DNA of 64,000 nucleotides from an uncultured Acidobacteriota bacterium (GTDB taxonomy: Bacteria; Acidobacteriota; Thermoanaerobaculia; Multivoradales; Multivoraceae): NCBI GenBank assembly GCA_963851415.1, contig CAWKPF010000002.1, positions 65,497 through 129,496 on the forward strand. The letters run 5' to 3'. Shown in pieces: positions 54,316-61,913 of the stretch. Both the position numbers and the translations under genes were made by a program. The first letter of the stretch is position 1; every line of letters begins with the position of its first letter. Under the pieces are notes generated by a model. That model was given only the letters and a program-made list of their open reading frames with translations. It was not told where the DNA came from and did not search any database.

Positions 54316-57300
54316 CAGCGAATGGCCTTCACGATGACCATCGAGTCCGCCCACCAGGCATCCTCAGTGTCCTCGGGGATCTCCACAGGCTGCACCCGAA
54401 GCGAGAGCGATGAAAAATGCTCCAGCAGGGCCCGTTGGTGTCGACGGCTGAGGGAGTCGATCTCGGTGGACAGATAGCTGAAGACCCCTCCGGGGCGAAG
54501 GTGCCTCGCGGCAATGACAAAGAAGTGCTCCGCAAAGGTGATTCCCTCCACCATGTAGCGCAGGAACTCTTCCTCGTCGAGCGGAACGGCGTGAAAGAAG
54601 ATGCCATCGTACAGGCCGAGTCGATCTTCGACATCCTGCCACCGGCCCTCGAAGAGACGGATGTCGCGCTCGGCGAACCGTTCCCGAAACGGCCGGAAGA
54701 ACCGCTCCACACAGGACTGGTTTGCCTCGACCACAGAGTGGGATCGCACGCCGAGCTCCTGGATGAGTGCAGCGGACACGCCCCGACCGAAGCCGACTTC
54801 GAGAACGTCGCCGTGGTCCTGCGTGACGTCTTCGGCCATCGCTCTCATCACCGGGATCTGCCAGTCCTCCATGATCTCCTGCTCGGTCGGATCGTTGTGC
54901 TCCCGGTCGGGGACGGTCCCGTCGAAATCGCCGGTGGCGCCCCGCACGAACCGACGGGCGGTCCGATCGAGGTGCAGCAGATCGGCCGTCAGCTCGTCGA
55001 GGCTCTGCTCGAGGAGCCAGTTGCGCTGCGCGTCACGAGGCGGGCGAACGAAGTCTTCCTCATCGATACGAAGGGTGAGCTCGAACGCCTCTCGCCGGCG
55101 AGTGAACGAGGTCGCGGAGTCCCCGACTGCTCGGAGGAGACGCTCGACGGTATCAGTGTCGAGTGTCGAGAGACGCTCTGCGAGACCACCCGCCTCACGC
55201 GCGACGACGACGGCCTCGACGACACCTGAATGGGAACAGAGTGCCGCCTCGATCTCGCTGGGCTCGATCCGGTGTCCTCGAATCTTGAGCTGTTGGTCCA
55301 CGCGTCCCAGGAACTCCAGCTCGCCGCACTCGAGGAACCGAACGCGGTCTCCCGTGCGGAACAGTCGCCCTCCCTCGGCAAAGGGGTTGGTGAGAAAGGC
55401 GGGGTCGTCACGACCCCAGTACCCGCGCGCGATACCGGTACCTCCGAGATAGAGCTCTCCCGGCGCCCCGGCAGGCGTGGGCCTCCTCTCCTCGTCGAGC
55501 ACGTAGGCCAGACAGTCCGCGATGGGGCGGCCGATGGGAACGCGACCGCCCCCCTCGAGCTCCGTACAGTCGCAGACAGTGCTCCAGACCGTGGCCTCGG
55601 TGGGCCCGTACTCATTGAAGAGGCGGCAGTCGGGAAGCACCGCCCGGTGGGCCTGCACCACTCCCGGAGGGCAGGCTTCGCCCGCGACGATCACGACCCT
55701 GAGGGAGCGAAGGCTCGGATCGAGAATCTCTCGATAGAGAGCTGGAATGGACAGCAGGTGAGACACCTCGTGCCGCTGGATGATCTCTCGAATCTCGTGC
55801 GGATCCGGAAGATGTGTGCCCGGCGGCAGGCAAAGGGTCGCCCCTTCCCCCAGGGTCCAGAAGATCCCGGCCACGGAGCTATCGAAGGCGAACGAGGACA
55901 AGAGCAGGAACGAACGCAGCGATTCGCAGCCGTAGTACTGGGTTCGAGCCTGGGTCGAGTGCCAGAGATTCTCATGAGTGACCATCACACCCCGGGGCTC
56001 CCCGGTCGAGCCCGAGGTGTAGAGGATGTAGGCGAGGTCGCCGGGGTCCGGGGTTGTGGGAAGGTCGTCGCACTCCTCTGTGAAGTCCTCGACATAGAGA
56101 ATGTTGTCTGCCCCGAGACCCGCGCCGAGCGCCCGGGTGGTGAGCAAGAACTTCGACTGGGTGTCTGCGAGAATCTGCCGGGCCCGTTCGACCGGATAGG
56201 CCGGATCCAGAGGGACGTAGGCGCCTCCGGCCTTGAGCACACCGAGAACGGCGAGCAGCATGGAGGGCGAACGGGGCACGAAGATGCCGACGGGCTCCCC
56301 CCGCCCGACCCCCAGGCGCACCAGCTCGCGTGCGAGCGAGTTGGCGCGCCCGTTCAGCTGGCGGTAGCTCCACGCTTCCTCAGCCGCCACGATCGCGACT
56401 CTGTCCGGCGTCCGGCCCGCGACGCTCTCGAACCCGCGGTGCCAGAGCCTCTCCCCTCCAGCTTGCAGTGCCGGCCCCCGCACGGCTTGCGGAGCGGCCA
56501 TCTGGATCGTTTCCAGGGGAGAGTCCGGGCGGGTTGCGAGCTGGTCGAGCGCAGTGCCGAAGTGGTCAGCCATGCGCTCGATTGCGGGCTCGCCGAAGCG
56601 AGCGCGGTCGAAGATGAACGAGACGACCAGTCGGTCTCCCGGCTGAACCACTACTGCCAGAGGAAGGTTGGTGTGGGCATCGAAACGCTCGTCCTCGATC
56701 GCTAGCGTGGAGGGTGGCTGTTCAGGCACCCTGTAGTTGGCATAGGAGAACAGACTGTCGAAGAGCGGGCGACCGGCTCTCCCGATCCAGCTCTGGATCT
56801 TCCGTAGCGAGGTGTGCTCGTAGCGGCGGCCGTGAGCCTGCCGCGCCTGCAGGTCACGCAACCACTCCCCCGCCGCGACACCCGAGGGCACCTGCGCTCG
56901 ACAAGGAGTGGTGTTCATGAACAGACCCACCATCTCCTCGGCGCCGTCGAGTCCCGAAGGGCGTCCCGCGGTCGTCGCACCACAGAGAATGTCGTCACGC
57001 CCGGTGTAGCGCGCGACCAGAACGCACCACGCTCCGAGCAGCAAGGTGCTCAGGGTGATGCGCTCACGCCGAGCCGCTGCGATCAACGGGGCGCTCGGCA
57101 CCAGCAGGTCGCGGCGAGCATGACCCTGCCCGGAGCCCGCTGGAAGATCGAACGGAGTGGGCTCGGCGTCCGCCAGCTCCTGTTGCCAGTAGCGCTTGGA
57201 TTCCTCTTCGTCGGAGTGGGCCGCGAGCCAGTCGAGGAAATCCGAATACGCTCTTGGCTCGGCCAGCTCATCTCCACGGTAGCACTCGAACACCTCGCGT

Positions 57301-58352
57301 AGCACCACAAGTCGAGACCAGCCGTCGAGAATCATGTGGTGATAGCTCCACAGGAACCGCCACCGATTCTCGCCAGTTCGGGCCAGGGCCAACCGCAAGA
57401 GTGGCGCCTTCTCCAGATCGAAGCCACGCTCCTTGTCTGCCTCGCTCCAGGCCACGATCTCGTCCTCCTCGCTGCGTCCCCGCCAGTCCAGGAGCTCGAG
57501 TGTGGGAGTCGCGTCGGACTCTACCAACTGTAGAGGTGTTTCCCGATCGTGCCAGAGAAAGCGAAGGCGAAGGGCATCGTGGCGTCGCGTCACGGTTCGC
57601 CATGCGCCTTCGAGTCGCGCCGGATCGAGCTCGCCCTCGATCCGACAGGAGTACTGCTCGTGGTAGACGCCGGCACCCTCGCTCTCGAGGCTGTGAAACA
57701 GCATCCCTTCCTGGAGCGGCGAAAGCGGCCTTTCTCGCGGCGCGCAAGGAGCGGCGATCGTGGTTGGACCGGTAGTGCGCTCCGCCGCCGAGGCAAGCCG
57801 TTCCACAGTTGGATGTTCGAACAGGTCAGAGGGCTCCACGGAGATCCCTGCCTCGCGCGCCCGGGCGACGATTCGAATCGCGGTGATGGAGTCGCCGCCC
57901 AGCTCGAAGAAATCGTCGTGGATTCCGACTCGCTGCAACCCGAGCAGCTCGCGCCAGATCTCCGCCAGTTTCTCCTGCGCGGGTGTGCAGGGCTCGGCGA
58001 AGGTCGAGGAGGCCTCGGGCTTCGGCAGGGACCCGCGATCGACCTTTCCCCTCGAGGTGAGAGGAAGCTCGTCGAGCCGAACGAACACGGAGGGAACCAT
58101 GAAATCCGGCAGTCTGCCAGCCACCCGAGAGCGGAGATCGTCGGCTGCGATCTCACGATCGGCGACGTAGTAGGCGGTGAGCCCGGCCCGCTTCTCGTGG
58201 GCCCGTTCCGGCTGGTATCCAATCTCGTTCAGCCGAGCCCGCACGGTGGCCGAGTCGATTTCGTCATCGAGCTCGGCGAGCGCCTCGTCACGCTCCTTGT
58301 GGCCGAGTCGAACGTCCCAGCTGTAGGGAAGCGCGTAGTTGTGGAAACCCAC
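54315..58352 (-). CDS. NRPS: end of module 1 (A9-A10, PCP), then module 2 C domain and A domain (A1-A8) followed by a GAMT-like methyltransferase domain
   Basis: LPDFMVPSVF / RGKVDR, FFELGGDSITAI, PLSPLQEGMLFH + HHMILDGWS (C), LAYILYTSGSTGEPRGV, NEYGPTEATV, LKIRGHRIEPSEIE (A8), then ...MEDWQIPVMRAMAE...VLEVGFGRGVSA... to the stop. The N-terminal 45 residues continue the PP-loop domain of the upstream ORF. Confidence 0.85.
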   Translation of the reverse strand: MGFHNYALPYSWDVRLGHKERDEALAELDDEIDSATVRARLNEIGYQPERAHEKRAGLTAYYVADREIAADDLRSRVAGRLPDFMVPSVFVRLDELPLTSRGKVDRGSLPKPEASSTFAEPCTPAQEKLAEIWRELLGLQRVGIHDDFFELGGDSITAIRIVARAREAGISVEPSDLFEHPTVERLASAAERTTGPTTIAAPCAPRERPLSPLQEGMLFHSLESEGAGVYHEQYSCRIEGELDPARLEGAWRTVTRRHDALRLRFLWHDRETPLQLVESDATPTLELLDWRGRSEEDEIVAWSEADKERGFDLEKAPLLRLALARTGENRWRFLWSYHHMILDGWSRLVVLREVFECYRGDELAEPRAYSDFLDWLAAHSDEEESKRYWQQELADAEPTPFDLPAGSGQGHARRDLLVPSAPLIAAARRERITLSTLLLGAWCVLVARYTGRDDILCGATTAGRPSGLDGAEEMVGLFMNTTPCRAQVPSGVAAGEWLRDLQARQAHGRRYEHTSLRKIQSWIGRAGRPLFDSLFSYANYRVPEQPPSTLAIEDERFDAHTNLPLAVVVQPGDRLVVSFIFDRARFGEPAIERMADHFGTALDQLATRPDSPLETIQMAAPQAVRGPALQAGGERLWHRGFESVAGRTPDRVAIVAAEEAWSYRQLNGRANSLARELVRLGVGRGEPVGIFVPRSPSMLLAVLGVLKAGGAYVPLDPAYPVERARQILADTQSKFLLTTRALGAGLGADNILYVEDFTEECDDLPTTPDPGDLAYILYTSGSTGEPRGVMVTHENLWHSTQARTQYYGCESLRSFLLLSSFAFDSSVAGIFWTLGEGATLCLPPGTHLPDPHEIREIIQRHEVSHLLSIPALYREILDPSLRSLRVVIVAGEACPPGVVQAHRAVLPDCRLFNEYGPTEATVWSTVCDCTELEGGGRVPIGRPIADCLAYVLDEERRPTPAGAPGELYLGGTGIARGYWGRDDPAFLTNPFAEGGRLFRTGDRVRFLECGELEFLGRVDQQLKIRGHRIEPSEIEAALCSHSGVVEAVVVAREAGGLAERLSTLDTDTVERLLRAVGDSATSFTRRREAFELTLRIDEEDFVRPPRDAQRNWLLEQSLDELTADLLHLDRTARRFVRGATGDFDGTVPDREHNDPTEQEIMEDWQIPVMRAMAEDVTQDHGDVLEVGFGRGVSAALIQELGVRSHSVVEANQSCVERFFRPFRERFAERDIRLFEGRWQDVEDRLGLYDGIFFHAVPLDEEEFLRYMVEGITFAEHFFVIAARHLRPGGVFSYLSTEIDSLSRRHQRALLEHFSSLSLRVQPVEIPEDTEDAWWADSMVIVKAIR

Positions 58353-61300
58353 GTTCCTGGCGATGCACCCAGATCCCCGCGTCGTTGATCAGGCAATTGG
58401 TGGAGCGGCCGGTATCCTCGGGCCGGATCCAGGGGGCACGCTCGTTCAGAGAACGACAGCACCTCCTCGAGGCTCACGTCGCAGTAGCGATAGAAGTCGA
58501 CGTACGAGGTCTCTTCGAACACCGAGTCGTCGCGGAACATCGATACGTCGAGGTTCCGGGACACCGCATCGTCCATGCGGTGATAAGCCTTGCGCGCCTC
58601 GAGCACCGTACGGTCGATCTCCGATGGGTCGCGCAGACCGATGCGGAAGAAGTCCGCGAGTCGGGTCTCGAAGATCTGGCCACGAGAGAGCCCCGTCACG
58701 ATGACACGCAGACCGCGCTCGCGAGCGAGCGAGACGGCGAGGGTATAGATGGTCTTGAAGCAGCCCTGGCAGACATTGCTGAAGCGCGCGAGGCTGTCCG
58801 CGAAGATGGTGTTCATCGCCGGAGTGCTGCCGAAGACGAGCTCGAGGCCGAGATCCTCGGTGGCACGCCGGATATTCTCCTTGGCACCGTCGGAGATGAA
58901 GCCGTTGTCGAGCGTGAAGACGAGAGGGGTCCGCCCGAGGGCAACGACCTGGTAGAGGGCATAGGTGCTGTCCTTGCCTCCGCTCAGGAGCATGATGCAA
59001 TCCTGGCCCCTGGCGTTTGGTCGACACTTCTCGTCGAGCTCGGACGCGAGCTCCTCCATCGTGCCGAAGTAGCTGCGAGCCTCTGCCTCGTAGGTCGAGA
59101 AGTCGCGACAGATATTGCACACCCCGTCCGAGTCGAGCAACGCTTCAGGATGGCGCGAGGTGAGCCCACAGCGAACACAAAAGCGCTCCTCCTCCCCACC
59201 GACGAGATCGACGACGCACTCCTCGATCTCGGGCATCTCGAGAAGGATCCGTTCGATCTCTGCCGGCTCGACCCGCGCCCCTCGCACCTTGAGTTGACGA
59301 TCGGCCCGACCGAGGAACTCGAGACAACCGTCGGGCCGCTGGCGGCAGAGATCGCCGGTGCGGTAGCGACCGTGGAATCGGTCACCTCCACGGTAGCCCT
59401 CGGCGACGCCCGGCCCTTCGACCACCAATTCGCCCTCCTCCCCCGGCGCTGCATCGACCGTCGCTCGAGTGCCATCGATGGCAAATCCGATCGGCACGGA
59501 CGCAGCCGTGTCGCGTTCGGGGTCGAAACGGTACACGACGCAGCCCACCGTGGCTTCTGTCGGTCCGTACTCGTTGAAGATCGTGATCCGACCTTCGGAG
59601 CGGCCCACGATCGCCCCAGCGAGCTCGGAGCGTAGGTCCTCACCGCCGACGACGAGCAGACTCAGTCTCTGAGGCATGGGCTCGCGCGAGCGAAGGATCG
59701 CCAGGTGAGAAGGAGTGAGCTTCACGACGTCCACTTCGTCGCGCTCGAAGACGTCGACGATCGAGAGGTCCGGCCCCCTCTGGGGCTCCGGATAGACGAC
59801 GACGCGTCCGCCAGATACCAACGGCACGAAGAGTGACGTCACCGTCAGATCGAAAGCGACAGACGAATGCAGGGCAAAGGCGAGGGGGCCATCCGAAGCA
59901 TAGGCGCGATGTGCCCAACCCACATAGTGGGCGAGGGCCCGGTGTGAGACCTCGACCCCCTTGGGACGCCCGGTCGACCCCGAGGTGTAGATGACGTAGG
60001 CGAGATCGTCTTTCGAGACGCGGTGCGGCGCACCCGACTCGTCGCCCCCCGTCTGGGTATCGTCGTCGAAGACCGCACAGGCGCCCGAGTCCTCGATCAG
60101 CCCGTTGCTTCGCTCTTCAGGATGACGTGGGTCGAGGGGAAGATAGGCTGCTCCTGCACCGAGCACTCCGAGGATCGCCGCCACCAGATCCGGAGTGCGC
60201 CGCATCCGGACTGCCACTACTGCGCCGGGGCCCGCACCCTGGCGACGTGCCTCCGCGGTCCACTGGGCCATGCGCGAAGCGAGCTCCCGGTAGCTCCATC
60301 GCTCTCCGGCGCCACTCAGAGCAACGGCCTCCGGAGTCGCCTCGGCCTGTCGCAGAAACATGTCGATTACCGTCGGGGCGGGCTCGATGGGCTGGTCGAG
60401 ATCGTCGAGCATGACGTCCAGGATGGCGAGATACTCTTGTGCGATCTGGTCGCGCCGACTCCGCGGGAATGAGTCTTCGTTCAGATCGAAGGACAGGGTC
60501 GTCTGTCCCAGCCCACCGAAGTCGTGTACCTGGAGTCGCAGGCTGTGGGCACGATCGCCATAGCCGGGATGCACCCACTCTGGCTCTGCCCTGGAACCGG
60601 CAATCTGTGGGATCCCGGCGGTGATGTAGTTGAGCACCACGTCGTAGGGCCGGGAGTGGACGACGTGGCTGCTTCCTGGCCGGGCGTTCAGAAGCATCCT
60701 CTGCGATTCGTCCCGAGTCTTGACGAAGAGAGAGCGGAAGGTCTCGCCCTCTTCGATTCGCGCATGCATCGGGAAGATCTCGATGAACAGGCCGATCGTC
60801 TCCTTGAAGGCCGCGGTGGGACGATTGTGTGCTGGAGCGAGGAACGCAGGGCTCCGATTGCCCGCCACACGGTAGAGCAAGGCGAAGAGGGCAGTTGCGT
60901 AGAGTTGAAAGCGAGCCAGGTCGGACGTGAGCCCACGGATTCCGTCGGACGAAGCGAGCTCTGCGAGTCGGCGTTCGCGCTCTTCGCCGAGAGCGTACGA
61001 GCTTCTGACCGTTCGGGAGCCACGACGCGAGGGTCTGTGCCCGTAGAAGACACAGGGCGCGAAAGGCTCTTCGAGCTTCTCTCGCCAGTAGGCGACGGCC
61101 TTCTCATGGCGAGGGCTCATCACCTGGGACCGCTCCCAGTCGACGTAGTCTTCGAACTGAGGCAGAGGCTCGGTCTCGGATAGGGTGTTCTCGAGGACGC
61201 GCCGGTAAAGCTCCTCGAGTCGGCCGAAGAGGATGCCACAAGACCAGCCGTCGGTCACCAGATGATGCTGGTTCAAGAAGAATCGGGCAGTTCCGTCACC

Positions 61301-61669
61301 CAGTCTCACCAGAACCGCATCGTAGAGACACTTCGCGAGGTCGAACTGGCGTGCGCTTCGAGTGGCGACCCACTTCGTGTACGCCTGGGCATCCGCGAGC
61401 TCGATCTCCTCCAACGAGGCAGGCACCTGCGAGAGCACCTCGCGGTACGGGACACCTACGCTCTCGAAGATCACCGTACGCAGAGCGTCACTGCCGGCGA
61501 CCAGCGCATCGAAGGCCGCCCGCAATGCCTCGACATCGATCGATCCCTCGCACACCTGCGACAAGGCCATGTTGTAGAGCGGCGCGTCGGGATCCAACTT
61601 CTGCCCGGTCCAAAGCAGAAACTGACCGCGCGACAGGTTGGACCGATCGAACGGAGAACGCTCGTCCAT
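58229..61669 (-). CDS. NRPS module 1: N-terminal C domain and A domain (A1-A8) followed by an embedded PP-loop ATP-pyrophosphatase (AANH) domain; the 3' end is out of frame
   Basis: SRGQFLLW, HHLVTDGWS (C), LAYVIYTSGSTGRPKGV, NEYGPTEATV, LKVRGARVEPAEIE (A8), then CVRCG...CNIC, LLSGGKDS, CQGC. After ...LSFSERA (about 58440) the reading continues in other frames into ORF 54315..58352, so the last 69 codons of this track ORF look like off-frame readthrough. Confidence 0.85.
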   Translation of the reverse strand: MDERSPFDRSNLSRGQFLLWTGQKLDPDAPLYNMALSQVCEGSIDVEALRAAFDALVAGSDALRTVIFESVGVPYREVLSQVPASLEEIELADAQAYTKWVATRSARQFDLAKCLYDAVLVRLGDGTARFFLNQHHLVTDGWSCGILFGRLEELYRRVLENTLSETEPLPQFEDYVDWERSQVMSPRHEKAVAYWREKLEEPFAPCVFYGHRPSRRGSRTVRSSYALGEERERRLAELASSDGIRGLTSDLARFQLYATALFALLYRVAGNRSPAFLAPAHNRPTAAFKETIGLFIEIFPMHARIEEGETFRSLFVKTRDESQRMLLNARPGSSHVVHSRPYDVVLNYITAGIPQIAGSRAEPEWVHPGYGDRAHSLRLQVHDFGGLGQTTLSFDLNEDSFPRSRRDQIAQEYLAILDVMLDDLDQPIEPAPTVIDMFLRQAEATPEAVALSGAGERWSYRELASRMAQWTAEARRQGAGPGAVVAVRMRRTPDLVAAILGVLGAGAAYLPLDPRHPEERSNGLIEDSGACAVFDDDTQTGGDESGAPHRVSKDDLAYVIYTSGSTGRPKGVEVSHRALAHYVGWAHRAYASDGPLAFALHSSVAFDLTVTSLFVPLVSGGRVVVYPEPQRGPDLSIVDVFERDEVDVVKLTPSHLAILRSREPMPQRLSLLVVGGEDLRSELAGAIVGRSEGRITIFNEYGPTEATVGCVVYRFDPERDTAASVPIGFAIDGTRATVDAAPGEEGELVVEGPGVAEGYRGGDRFHGRYRTGDLCRQRPDGCLEFLGRADRQLKVRGARVEPAEIERILLEMPEIEECVVDLVGGEEERFCVRCGLTSRHPEALLDSDGVCNICRDFSTYEAEARSYFGTMEELASELDEKCRPNARGQDCIMLLSGGKDSTYALYQVVALGRTPLVFTLDNGFISDGAKENIRRATEDLGLELVFGSTPAMNTIFADSLARFSNVCQGCFKTIYTLAVSLARERGLRVIVTGLSRGQIFETRLADFFRIGLRDPSEIDRTVLEARKAYHRMDDAVSRNLDVSMFRDDSVFEETSYVDFYRYCDVSLEEVLSFSERACPLDPARGYRPLHQLPDQRRGDLGASPGTWVSTTTRFPTAGTFDSATRSVTRRSPSSMTKSTRPPCGLG

Positions 61670-61670
61670 C

Positions 61671-61913
61671 TCAGTCCTTGCGCCGCTCGACGTAGCGGGC
61701 GATGGAGGACACGCTCCGAAAGTTCTCGATGGTCACATCCTCTGCGGGCACGACGATGCCGAATTCTTCCTGCAGAAAGGTGACCAGGAGCATGACTCCG
61801 ATCGAGTCGATCGGATGATGGGTGAGGAGGTCGTCGTCCGCGGCGGGTATCGCACTCGGCTCACCGAAGATCTCGACGGCGAGGAACTGGGCTATGGTTT
61901 CTGTCGTTGTCAC
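61671..61913 (-). CDS. free-standing acyl/peptidyl carrier protein
   Basis: 80 aa. The phosphopantetheine site context is LTHHPIDSIGVMLLVTFL. Its stop lies 1 nt before the NRPS start, and it overlaps the upstream adenylating-enzyme gene by 4 nt. Confidence 0.8.
   Translation of the reverse strand: MTTTETIAQFLAVEIFGEPSAIPAADDDLLTHHPIDSIGVMLLVTFLQEEFGIVVPAEDVTIENFRSVSSIARYVERRKD

Noticed and set aside
48805-58440. Programmed ribosomal frameshifting at the TonB-receptor and NRPS frame breaks
   Set aside because: There is no slippery heptamer or downstream structure. The breaks coincide with simple G/C homopolymers, so indel mutation or sequencing error is far more likely.
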